Assembly: GCA_040143965.1 (NCBI GenBank)
Contig: JASJQH010000037.1
Span: forward strand, 1-40,575
DNA: 40,575 nt
Source: Basidiobolus ranarum
Taxonomy: Eukaryota
Direction of reading: 5' to 3'
This document shows, one piece after another, positions 26,084 through 40,575 of this stretch. Position 1 is the stretch's first letter. Every line of letters begins with the position of its first letter. Position numbers and translations under genes: made by a program. The notes below the pieces were generated by a model, which had not been told where the DNA came from, ran no database searches, and saw nothing but the letters and a program-made list of their open reading frames with translations.

Positions 26084-27796
26084 TCAACTCCTAATGCTTT
26101 TTTTGGAGTTTGCTGATCCGTTCATGTCATGAAGTAGGCCTTCAATCCCACTGTCTAACGGGCCTCGCATGGCATCAAGAAGAACGTCATGAACTCTCAA
26201 GCAATGATGACGTCTTCGCACAAACATAACTGGTCGAGTGGCAAGAGGTTGTGGATGGCTATGGGTTAGGGCTTCCAAGACTATATTGACTTCTTCATCT
26301 GAATCGAGCACCCTATCTTCAGCAATCGTTCCTAAGCCATCACCAGTACCAGAGCCATCTACTCCATTTTGAACTTCTACATTAGCACTGGGGTTGTCTA
26401 ATCAAATGGACTTAGTATGTGTCGGGAGTGATTATAGAGATTGATGAATATACTTTTCATAGGCTTGTTGAGAAGGTTCTTAGCCTGGTATGCTTGTAGT
26501 AGAATGTCATAGGGTTGCGTACGACCCACAACTGCTCTCTTCGAGGCCATGGAATGATTCTTGCAAGTGAGGGATCTGGTACATGGTGTATTATTAGGTC
26601 CAGCGATTACGCCACATTGTCGATCCAGATCCAAGGGTCCTAGAAAAGCACAAGTTTTTAATAATTAATATCATAATGCGTTCAAGATAAACACACATAT
26701 ACCTTTGACTCTTTTAATGGTGGCTTTCTTGCCTTTGCCTTTGACTTTCTTGGAAGCTGGTTTATCTTTTGTCAAGTCAGTAGGGAGTCGTTTACCGGAC
26801 ATCATGGTTTCAGTATCATCTTTGACCAAGTATAAAAAGGTAAGTTTGTATTATCATTTGATAGCTAAATTCACCAAATATCTCTCACCATCCCCAATGG
26901 ATTTCTTCTTCTTCTCGGTGGATTTCTTAGTCTTCTTTGTGAGTTTAGCTAAGGCGGCTTTCCCCCCTAATGGTTTGGTGCACTTCTCTACAATATCAGA
27001 AGTGATTAATATACTTTAGCATTTAGCTTTTCCAGAGAGGATGTATTACCACTATGCTGTAAGAAATTACACGGTAATATAGGCTTTGCACAGTTATTGC
27101 ATGTGACTATAGTCAGATCATTAGGCAATCCAATTCCACCAACACTAGACATATGTACACTGAAGTTAAGGAAGCATACATTATGTTGGAAACAGAGAAA
27201 GTTATTTCATTATTCTGAAGGATATATTCATATTGGATTTTCGTGGTGACTGGCATATCAGAAGCATCAAAAGGTTCAGAAATGGCCTTTTCCTCAAGAT
27301 CCACTAGAAAGTAAGGAAAATATAAGCAACAATGCAACGTGACAATAAAGATCCTGCGAAGAGCACATACTTTCAAACCCATTTAAAGTGTCACTGAAGG
27401 CCTCCCAGGTACCTTCTGGCAGAGGAACATGATCAACAGAATGAGTTGATGGTAGTCGATTCCAATCATTCTCTTTCTTGAATACCGCTAGAGTAGCTGG
27501 GCTGACAAAAGAGAGCCACGAATTGAAAGCTATTTTTGACTTGAGAAAGTCATTTGAGACCTTTTCAATGTCTATACAATTTTTAGTCAGTTGTAAACGA
27601 GTTTAGGTACTAGAAAAGCCGAACAGACCTTTTTCTAGATCCCTGACTTGATTTAACTTTTTTATAAGTGTTTCTTTTTGCTCATCTGAAAGTATATCCC
27701 AACCAGCTGTTAACAGAAGTAAAAGTAAATAAATAAGAGTGTTGTTCACAACGGCTACAGTATAAAAAATACAGTACGGGGCTTGTTTGAAGACAT
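26084..27796 (-). CDS. SGF73: SAGA deubiquitination-module subunit Sgf73/ataxin-7 (N-terminal C2HC zinc finger plus SCA7 domain); contains one U12 AT-AC intron
   Basis: The 19-nt first exon (27778-27796) splices to give [17 protein letters not shown]. The zinc finger reads [23 protein letters not shown]. The SCA7 domain reads [47 protein letters not shown]. The C-terminus has DSDEEV...SHPQPLA. Confidence 0.9.
27155..27225 (-). other. U12-type (minor spliceosome) AT-AC intron, 71 nt, in SGF73
   Basis: On the minus strand the 5' splice site is ATATCCTTC (starts 27225), the branch point is TTCCTTAAC (27173-27165) and the 3' end is GTAC (ends 27155). Removal joins GAA-T to AT-ATG-TCT in frame, giving KIQYEYMSSVGG...IVTCNNC. 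Confidence 0.92.
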
Positions 27797-28054
27797 TATA
27801 TGAATTCCAATTGAGTTTCCCCTAAAGAGGTTTGTGTCAAAATAGACATCACACTTGGCGTATAAACCGCTCCCCAATAATTTAGCTTAAATTTAGTATA
27901 CTTACGAATAGTAGATTTAGCTAAGCTTGTTCGGATTTTCCTAATGGACCTAAAACTGTTGATAGAGATTGAAAATTTACCTAGTAGACTTAAACAAAAC
28001 AATAATCGCTCATATTAATGCATCCTTCTCAGCTTATAACTCAACTTGACGAAA

Positions 28055-29105
28055 ATGACCCAAAGCTTTACAAATACACATAGGTATTTTTTACAGGCAT
28101 GTTTAGTTCAGAGATTCATCAAAGAATCTGAAGCGCTGAGCTTACTCCGTCGTGCTTGTGAAATCACTCAAGGTAATTTTCCTACTTTATTATAATCACT
28201 AACGCTATTAACACTGATTAAATGGCAGAACCCTTTGACGAAAGTTTACTCGCTGAAGTAATAAGTACTTTAAACGAAGGGATAAATTCTTTAGATCTGG
28301 AGTTTCGAAAATCTCACGATGAGGAGACCGGTGAAATGGTTTTAGCGTTGGTAATTACCAAGTCTTTTGTGCTTTTGCTTCCTTATTACTGACCTTCTCT
28401 CATTACAGGTCAACACCAATGGAGATGAGATAGCACAACTAGCTACTGATTATACACCAACAGAGCTGGTGTATTTACGACGTATTGTATGTTATATCTG
28501 TTGCTCTGATGTCTGAAGAACATGTGCTCATGAAAATTGCTTTACTTTAGATAGAATTAATTATCACTGCCGATGATGAATCTTATTCAGTCTCTTCGTT
28601 GTTAGCGTTAAGCGAGTCGAGTAAACTCAAGTCAGCTTTCACCAAAAATGCTGCGGAGCAATTGTTGGATAGATTTGTCAATGACAAATGGATATCCAAA
28701 ACTAGGTATTTAGAGTAACTCAAGTGGTTCCCATTGCCATTACCATTTATACAAGAATTGTTTTTAGTCACGGTCGATATTTTCTTACGCAAAGATCGAT
28801 TCTAGAATTACAAACCTATCTCAAAGAGGAGTTTGAAGAGTATATTCAGGAATGCACACTTTGCATGGATATTATTACTCGGGTAAACATATATTTCTGG
28901 TTCAAATACTAGAGTTTGTTTACTGATCTTCTGTACAAAAAAGGGAGAGCGTTGTCATGTAGCTAATTGTAGTGGTAGATTACACCTCCATTGCGCAGAC
29001 AGATACTTTTCCTCAAGACCGGATCGTAAAGTTTGCCCTTTATGCTCTACCGCGTGGACTTCAACACAAAAAGTTGGCCCTAGCAACCCTCATCACTCGC
29101 AATAA
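28055..29105 (+). CDS. NSE1: Smc5/6 complex non-SMC subunit Nse1 (winged-helix plus variant RING), 6 exons
   Basis: MTQSFTNTHRYFLQAC; LDLEFRKSHDEETGEMVLALVNTNGDEIAQLATDYTPTEL; RFVNDKW; YFLTQRSILELQTYL; RING ECTLCMDIITRGERCHVANCSGRLHLHC...CPLCSTAW. Confidence 0.92.
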
Positions 29106-29808
29106 CGACAGTCCCAGTCTAAATTTGCTTAGTTATCTGTCAGTACTTTGCTATACTTCGCTGTAGAATGCCAATGTAAATCACATGTCCCTTGAATAGA
29201 ATAGATAGAGCCAATAAAAGAATTATGCAATCAATTTATTTATACATCTCCATTACCAAAATATCCACCCGCTTTCACGTGGTCGAAGTGCTCTAGATTT
29301 ACGGATAAGTACCAAAATAGAGAGTGGATGTTTTGATGGCTGGGCATGGACTGAATGACCGACTCTCATCGATTAATCTTTCCTGCTTCAATCATTATCA
29401 CTGATCTCTATGTAAGAGTCGGGGTGGTTTGGGGCAGGATGCTATACTTGGTGGAAATCAAGCTGGATGGTCATATTGCGTGTTTATTAATTCATATAAT
29501 TATTTCAAACAACCCGTGAGAATAAGTGTATAGGTGTTAGTCACTCAAGGACATCGATGAGATAGTAATGAAGATAAGTGAGTTTACGAGCTGTATTTTG
29601 AAAAGCAATAAATTATCTCATAAAACCGTACAAGATGCCAACTAGAAAGTAATGATAAAAAAATTCTGAAAAGCCACAAAAACACAAGCCAGGAATCTGG
29701 GGAGTAATAGATGGTATGTATATGAAACAAGGTGGGGGCTACTAGGGGCGTATGGATGTTAAGTGAAACGGGGTAAGCCTGTGCAACATACTGACAGGAC
29801 GTTTGTAT

Positions 29809-32894
<3,086 letters not shown>

Positions 32895-34470
32895 CTGTTA
32901 TAATTCAAAAGTTAACCAAAGTAGAGAAGAGCCGTCTTTCCAACTAATCAAAAGAAATACTTTGAGTATACGAAACAAAAATATTCTTATAATAAAGATT
33001 GGAATGTAAGTTCACCAGTTTCGTTGAGTATGTATATTTGCAAAATCCAAGAAAAATGTAGCTCAGATGAAGATTGACAGCTTAGAAAGGTGCTTTCGAA
33101 GTAACTTCAAAGCTTCTTTTGAATGAGGTCAAAATAATAAAGTCCAGATATAAGTTTTTATCTGATGGATCACAGTAGGATGTATATCTGGCTTGTAGTT
33201 AATGTGGGAGAGAATAAACTCAAAAGAGAAAGACGTAGAAACTCGGGTTAAAGTTGAGAGAAGAGACCAGTGGGTGGAATTTCCTGGTTGCTTACTAACG
33301 TAGGTTCTCATCTAATCATTCCAGGGGAAGTTCAAAATAGATAAAATTAATCGATAATCACGCATTCAATAAGCAATGTGGATACAATTCTGATATTAAA
33401 AGATTCATCATTGTCGGCTAAAAAATGTAAACCGATGAATCATGTGTATCATAGATCAAAGCCGATTGAAGCGACCATAATCAATGAATTTTGTTTTCAG
33501 GAAAAAAAGACGTAATATAGAATTCAGGAAGACGTCACTAGATATTATGGAAATATTTTGTATTCTAAACGCTATCTAAACACTTGAATTACACATCCAA
33601 ATTCGAGGCTGAAACGACCTGAGAAACGAAACTTCCATTTTCCACAGAAATAGACAATAATGGCCGATTCTATTATAAACATTGCCAACCTATCATCTTC
33701 ACCATCCTTTTCCACATTCCCATTGCCTTGCATTGTTACATTGTCGCTACTGCTTAACGATATCTTCCTGCTGCTTCTGCCCCACATCATCCTGATTCCT
33801 GCAACTCTACCTGACTAGTGTTGGTGACATTTATTATATCATAAAGAATACCAATCATCCGATCAGCTGGGCATTATATGACATTTTCATCTTTCTTTAT
33901 ATGGTGCAAAATGTGCACAATTCCGCATGAATTCTAAACCAGTCCAACAGTCACACAGAACTAAGCTGCATTCTGTGTTGCCCAAGAAATAGTGAATCTG
34001 CATCATATTTCACTGATTTAATGGAGAAACATCAATCCATATCTGTGACATCTTGGAACGAAACATTCAGCTACCAAGTTATAGAAGGCTCTTTTCAGTT
34101 GTACGCAAAGCACATGGGTTTTTTCAGTAACTTACTACATATGGTGTAGTTGTTATTATTATTGCTACTGTTAGAGTCAGCTGTGACAGATTGGGTCTAT
34201 CTGATAAAGCAAAGGGGGTACAAAGATAGCACAACAACTAGCAGATAAATGTGAGAGCAAAGACAAGGTTGTGTACTACTTACATTTAAAGGGTAAAAGC
34301 TGTGATATGTATAAGTTGTACTGGATAGATTTGGATATAAGGTGAAGAAAACATTGTCCATCAGAAATGATTGCTAATATTGTTGATCAGTGGATGATGA
34401 TTGAATCACCATCAAATGGATTATTCCCCGAGCTTAGATAGTCTTATCCCACTTCATAAACGTACTGCAA

Positions 34471-35707
34471 ATGAAGCCGCGATTCAAATTAACGATAGAG
34501 CAGATCCAAAGCTTTCATAAAAGCGGTTATTTGATTTTGGAGAACTGTCAGTAAACTTATCTCACAACACACACATACACATAATCGATAGCTAAAGAAT
34601 GATCCACTTCCTTTATGGTTTCTTTTTCAGGTTTATCGGCGGAAGAAACAAACCAATTAACGGAGGAATGTGATTCCTTGATAAACCACGTATACATGGA
34701 GTTGGATCTTTTAGAACATTTGGGCTGTGTGATAGGTATAGTAGAGCAAACTTTGCAAATGACTTTTTCAACTTGAGATAATTTATCTTTGCTTATAGAG
34801 CCTTGGAATTGCGGCTATTTCGATACAGATACTGAAGAGGAGTATAAATCTGACTCTAAAGTCTACAGTGAGTTAAGAGCCGATCTCGCAGAACAAGTTA
34901 GCTCCATAATATTAGAAACAATACCAAATTGGTGTGCGCAACTGCTACCCACGCACAATCAAGACGGCAATGCTAGACTATACCTTGTTAGTAAAATTTG
35001 TTAATTGGCTTGAGTAATCATACAAGAGAAATGACCTTTTCTTAGTGTAATGAGCAGTATGTTGTGAAACCGCCGGATACTGGCTCACGTGGTCAATTTG
35101 AATGGCATCAGGTTTGTATTCTCTTTTCGACCCCATGCTTGGTACACACAACTGAACAAAATGTAGGATTCTCAGTATATGCCTGAAATATGCCGGTCTG
35201 TACCATCTGTGACATGTTGGGTGACTTTAGATAAAGTCAACGAAGTATTTAACTTTACGTAATGCTGTAGCCAAGTGCCATCTATTAAGTTCTATCGTAT
35301 TTTCCAAGGTTAATGGCGCCATCTGCATTGAGCCTTATCCAGCCGTTGCCCAAACATTTTCTGTGCCCAGCAACGTCACCGAGTATGTTAAACACCATCA
35401 TCAGCTGGCTTCACAATATCCTGATAAGTACCCATTTGAAATTTCCACTGGCTGTCTAAATATTTCCCAATATCCCAACCTGGTGTTCGTTGATTTAGAG
35501 CCTGGAAGTATTGTATTTATGAGTGGACAGGTCCGTCACTGTAGTATTTCTAATAGATCCAGCAAGTTTAGAAGAGTATTTTTACCGCAATATACTTCAT
35601 TACCAGTTTTAAAAGCTGAGTTTAGTCATGAAGACATTAATACTGAAGTAGTAGACACGAAAAATAAACTTTTGGCATTGGCAGTTCCTTGCGAACTGGA
35701 GCAATGA
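34471..35707 (+). CDS. Phytanoyl-CoA dioxygenase (PhyH/PHYHD1) family Fe(II)/2-oxoglutarate dioxygenase, multi-exon
   Basis: N-terminal LTIEQIQSFHKSGYLILEN; NEQYVVKPP...FEWHQ|DSQY (HxD iron ligands split by an intron); VTCWVTLD...NGAI; LEPGSIVFMSGQVRHCSISNRSSKFRR. Confidence 0.88.
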
Positions 35708-35844
35708 TTCTTTCTTCATTCAAAATTTAATGTATTTCCCTTTACAAATAATTATTCAGTTCGGTACATATTATGGTCAACTTCCTCACAAAATGACATT
35801 GCAGTGTTCCAGATCGAGTTGATGGGCTACGATAGAGCTTGCGC

Positions 35845-37155
35845 TTAGGGGCTGGAGCTCTTAGCAGATAGAGGATTCTTACTAACGTAGTCGATAAAAT
35901 TTTTAACCATGGCTACAGTTGCTTTGCCAGTTGGAATAATGCGTTCAGGTGGGAGAATAAAGCCAGGCTCATCTTCAAATGGTGATAATTCAACAGTTAG
36001 TCCCGTACTACGGAAGCCTTGTTTCTTGGTAACATCATCGCCGAAGAACCAATCATCGGCGCCTCCAGAGGCGATATAAAGTTCAGCATCCATCTGGGGG
36101 ACATACGCATTTGTAGCGTTAACTTTATTGACCGCTTCTTTCATGAAAGCGCCAAGTTTCTTGAATTCTTCATCCCATGGAGAACGCTCTTGAGTCCAAC
36201 CAAATGGCCACATGATCAATTCTCCATACGAATGGAAATCAATGGCCCCAGCAATGTTCTTTTGCTTCAGGTAGAAGTCCATGACTGCTTTAACCTCAGG
36301 CTCACTTCCGGGAGCTGTACCAAGGTAGGTTTGATCTTTAGGATTATGAGAGGCACCTCCATGGTCCCAGTGATCGGGCCAGTTGCGATTGAGGTCCACT
36401 CCTACAATGGGGTCTTTAACAACTCGACGGTTCTTACGCCATAGACGATCCTTGGTCCAGGAATAAGCGTATCCATCAGGGTTCACAATGGGTACAATCA
36501 AAATTTCACTGGTATCCAAAATACGAGTGATTTGCTTATTTTGCTTGTAACTGCTCGCAAATGTATCAGCAACAAATTGCATGGACGCAGTGGAAATCCA
36601 CTCTCGAGCATGCTGAAGACCTTGGAAGTAGTATTGCTTTTTGGGTGCATTGCCTTTGTTGATATTTTTCTTGCTGGTAATACGAAGGGCGGGAATATCA
36701 CGACCTTCAATAGATTTACCAATGGAGGGAATGTAGGAAACAAGTTCATTATGCTTCTTGGAAAGATCTGCTAACCACTTGAGAACCTCCTCGTATGGGT
36801 GGTAGCTTTTGAACCATTCGGGATCTGATACACATCGCTTAGAAATATGGTTGCGACGAAGACTACGTGCCTCTTCGTCGATTTTACTTTGGACATCCTG
36901 CATCAGAACCTCATAATCCAAGGCCGCGAACTTGGCTATATCACTTGGAGCTACGCGAACATGAAGGCCATTCTTATTGTTCTGCCAAACATCAAAGCCC
37001 TCCTTTTGCACGAGATCCCAGGATTCAGGTGTACGCTTGACACTGATGAGTTTATGATTGTCGTAACGCACGGTACCAACGCTACCATCCAAAGGTATGG
37101 AAAATACCGAGCTAGCAGGAAGAAGTAATAGAGAAAGATAACTAGAGTAGCGCAT
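35845..37155 (-). CDS. Secreted M14A zinc metallocarboxypeptidase prepro-enzyme, intronless
   Basis: Signal peptide MRYSSYLSLLLLPASSVFS, a pro-domain ending in a dibasic KR, then HAREW (Zn ligands), LWRKNRR, GVDLNRNW, SEPEV, DFHSY and the catalytic Glu in TVEL. Confidence 0.95.
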   Translation of the reverse strand: MRYSSYLSLLLLPASSVFSIPLDGSVGTVRYDNHKLISVKRTPESWDLVQKEGFDVWQNNKNGLHVRVAPSDIAKFAALDYEVLMQDVQSKIDEEARSLRRNHISKRCVSDPEWFKSYHPYEEVLKWLADLSKKHNELVSYIPSIGKSIEGRDIPALRITSKKNINKGNAPKKQYYFQGLQHAREWISTASMQFVADTFASSYKQNKQITRILDTSEILIVPIVNPDGYAYSWTKDRLWRKNRRVVKDPIVGVDLNRNWPDHWDHGGASHNPKDQTYLGTAPGSEPEVKAVMDFYLKQKNIAGAIDFHSYGELIMWPFGWTQERSPWDEEFKKLGAFMKEAVNKVNATNAYVPQMDAELYIASGGADDWFFGDDVTKKQGFRSTGLTVELSPFEDEPGFILPPERIIPTGKATVAMVKNFIDYVSKNPLSAKSSSP

Positions 37156-37204
37156 GTTTGATTTCAAGGCTCAGCACTACCAAAAAATATGAAGAAAGCA
37201 GTGG

Positions 37205-37211
37205 TTTTATA
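37205..37211 (-). promoter_or_regulatory. TATA box (TATAAAA) of the carboxypeptidase gene
   Basis: TTTTATA on the + strand, about 50 bp upstream of the ATG at 37155. Confidence 0.5.
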
Positions 37212-38272
37212 CGAAATTTACTCCGTAAGTTCCTGTTTTCAGTATCTGTACGACACATTCATCAAGGCAAACACACTTGGGCGCGCTATTTTTTCGTTTT
37301 AGCCACCTCAATTCTCACAGTATTGATAAGACGTTCTCACACAGCAAGAATCTTCGTCATGAACAAAACGTTCTCACTATAGATAACTTATCTGAGCGAG
37401 AGCGACTTGAAAATCCTACAACATGTGAAACAATCCTTGATGAAAATGGAAAGGTTACCAGAAATACGGGATTATCATCATCTTTTCTCAAGTCACTGGT
37501 TACCTAGTTTGAATTTCGTATCACTAAATTGCTGCTTCTGATTCGTATTTTATTTCGTAGACTTATCTTGTGGTCTGGTAAAAATTAAAGTTTAGTTTTG
37601 GTCAGCAGATCTACCCAAGATTCAGAACTCCTCTCTCACCTCAACATGGCAAAAGAGAATACAGTAGGTGTTTAATGAATTCCATTTTGGGCTCAACCAG
37701 AGGTAAACTCATAATCAATGGGATGCAAATTTCGGTCATTATTTTAGTCATAAACGATTGTCTTCACATTTGGAACTTTCCTTGCCGATTCCTACCAAAA
37801 ATTCATCTTATCAATCTTGATTGAGATGTCGTAACCTTTGCAGGATCACTGCTATATTGCACTTGGTATGCGACTTGGAGAAGCAGCGAATGATGACTCT
37901 TAAGTTCTGATATATGCATGGGTTATCATCCTTCGTCGGCGATGCTTGATCGTTACTTCACAACTAAACTCTAGACTGCAACGAAGAGCACTAAATCCTC
38001 AAGATGATCCATAAGAACTATTTCAATTGTCATCTCTTATTCAGATATAAATAGTGGGAGAATTGATAATTTTCACTTGTTCGTGTTACTATTTCGTTAT
38101 ACAAACAGTAATCTTCTCAATCTGTAATGCGAACTAACTCCGGAATTTGATCCAGTAACAGTGGTTACTACTAATGACAAGAATTTTTAAACTTGCGATG
38201 AAATAACTGATGAGTAAATAATTTCTGACATTTATATACACGACTATCCATGAGGTGTTTACAACTGCCATT

Positions 38273-40351
38273 TCAATCCTCTAGCCAATGCTCAAACTTA
38301 ATCGGGTGGCACTCCAGAGTGTTCAAATTGACTAAAACAATCGTATGAGTTTCAGAGAAGGCAGGAAGTAAAACGAGTCGGGTTACTTGACCCTCAGATC
38401 CTAAAGAAAATTGCAAGTTTTATCACTAATTATATTGAACTCTGATATGTAGAACAGTTATTTACCATGTATCAAGGTAGTTTCGAATTGTGGTTGATTT
38501 CCAAAAAAATAAACATGAGGACAATCACGAATAATAAATGGATCGGATGCTAAGTAAAGATGGCTCTTCTTTAGCTTTGCGTTATATCAAATATATGATC
38601 GTTGTTTGCTAATTTACCGGAGTTCTCTGGTGGTATTTCAGTTGGATCCATAAGACGCCACTTCATAGTTTGAACAGCAATTTGTAACCGATGATGAATA
38701 TTTGATAGCTGGAGTAGACTATCTAGGATCTGACCAGAGTTCCCTAAAAATCTATATCGTCTCTAAAGTTTAAAAGGAAGCAAGACGCGTACTTTTGAAT
38801 TTGCATAAAAACTTACGTGACTCCGTCAAGTTTGAAGCAATGGGGATTGGTGACACTATTAAAAGTAAAGAATCGTTGAGCACGTTCGAAGAATGCAAAG
38901 TGCATTGGCTGTTGAGGAAGGATTGCATTCGCTGGATCATGTGCTCCTGGCATCAAATCCACAGTTAGTGACTCACATATTTCCTCCAGGAACATATCTA
39001 GCTCCTTTACTGGTTTTCCGTCAAATATGCTTTGTCCTTGTATTTTGGTTTTCTGCAGTAGAATGAAGAGTTGAATTTGCATTTTAGAAACCGATACTAG
39101 TAAATATAAATGAAATAAAGCTACCGCTTTGTTTTCAACTTCTTCTCGCTGCAATTTAGCAAGTGAATTTCCAACAAATATTACGCGAACTATATGTGAA
39201 CTAAAGTTTTGCTCTTGAATGCTGCCCAACTGCCCACAAAGATGATCTTTCAACAATTCAAGACTCAATGACGATGCTTTGTCTTCTCCGATGTTCAAAC
39301 CGGATATAAGTGCGACATATTTTGGCTCTTCAGTGTGAGGGGCGTTTATATCATGAGTCCAAGGCTCACATTTGGTGGGCTAGAATGTAAAAGCTTACCT
39401 TGTGATTGGTGTATTTCAAGAGCCTCCTGGGCCACACACTTTGGAAAGCACAGATCCAAAATTTCTATTTCTCCAGGATTGTTTTGAATACCAAGTACTC
39501 CAATGACGACGCCTACACATAAAAGGAGTCATTATACTTGCAAAATCATTTATTGTGTTTTTTTGGTCTTTACCCGAGATTAGAGTCACTCCTTTCAAGG
39601 TATTACCAGTTAGCTCCACTTGCCCTGATTCGTCTTCGAGGAATATATTCGCAACCTCAGAATTTATATTTCGTGGAGGAGGTGCTACTACCCAATGCTT
39701 GAACAAAAATAGTAAATCAACCGGGAGACTAGCATTTTAATTTCCAAAAGGCTAGCAAATACCTCTTTTATAAAGCTATCTAAAGTTTCAGATTTGAGTG
39801 GCTGATCGGTATATACCACTCCAACCATATAACAAAGCTCTTCGCAAGGTGCATCTTCAATACTTTCTATGTACTTCGGAGCTCCACTGCCTATCAAGAA
39901 GTGATATGTGTATTAGCAATTTAGAATCAAAAACAATGATTCAATATATTAACCTTCAAAATTTCCCCACTTCTGTCGTGCATTTTCCACTATTCCTGGC
40001 TTAAAGAACTTCAAACGTTGAATAAAAGGAGTAAGAGTAGGTAATTCATCAATCATGCTTTCTGAGTTTTGTTCAAAAGGAGGGACTACTACAGGAGTCT
40101 CTTCATTGATTATGAAATTTTTTCGTAAGTCCCATTGCTCTTCATATTGGGCTTGAAGTCGTTGTGAAGGGAGCGAGGAAACATCTTTCAATGTTGTCAG
40201 AAATGAGTCATATCGCCTAGGTGTATTGTGCAAGAATTTAGTATCGATAGGATGACTACCCTATTATTGTTATCGTATACCCTTCAAAGCTACTGTTTCT
40301 GAAGTCTTCAATACTCTGTGCTGCTTTTGCTTTGGAGACTGGGGTCTCCAT
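38273..40351 (-). CDS. POL31: DNA polymerase delta small (B) subunit Pol31/Cdc1/POLD2, divergent, multi-exon
   Basis: OB region IFLEDESGQVEL and LISGVVIGVLG. Phosphoesterase-like region YVALISGLNIG, IVRVIFVGNS, VDLMPGAHDPANAILPQQPMH, VTNP, FLGNSGQ, DPFIIRDCPHVYFFGNQPQF and LVNLNTLECHPIKF. The start ATG at 40351 is tentative. Confidence 0.85.
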
Positions 40352-40575
40352 ATTGTTTGAAATAGGTACTCATGGAATATTTATTGATAGAGTTTTAAAT
40401 ACAGTAAGAAACTGACATTTATTGGTTAATTCTTTATGTTTATTTATGTATTCAGAGTAGGATAGTAGCTTGATTATAAATAAACCTTATATTTTAAGCA
40501 AAATACATTTTTACTCAGCAGTACTTGATTGCTGTCTTAATAGAGCATATAGTCTAAAATGGAAAGAAATGACAG

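Noticed and set aside
33572-33790. 72-aa minus-strand ORF upstream of RSP5
   Set aside because: Low-complexity, no family signal and no supporting splice structure.

Overview
This is AT-rich, gene-dense eukaryotic DNA with many short GT-AG introns. It is fungal and most likely from an early-diverging lineage (Zoopagomycota/Mucoromycota-like, e.g. Basidiobolus-type; this is an inference). About 15 protein genes can be modelled: UPF2 (runs off the left edge), a spliced LYRM5-like gene missed by the ORF track, a type-I membrane protein with a CBM2-like ectodomain, RSC9/ARID2, VAC7-like, a Sec7 Arf-GEF, MET17, DEF1/UBAP2-like, a small orphan ORF, SGF73/ataxin-7, NSE1, RSP5, a PhyH-family dioxygenase, an M14 carboxypeptidase and a divergent POL31/POLD2. 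The strongest finding is a textbook U12-type (minor spliceosome) AT-AC intron in SGF73 at 27155-27225. Its removal is needed to put the N-terminal zinc finger in frame, which implies a retained minor spliceosome. Other notable items are a Sec7 domain apparently inserted inside a split PH domain, perfect Gcn4-type sites on both sides of MET17 with promoter inverted repeats, clustered stop codons in UPF2 at the window edge, and an eroded POLD2. I saw no tRNA, rRNA, CRISPR or clear transposon. All gene models are by-eye reconstructions without database searches.
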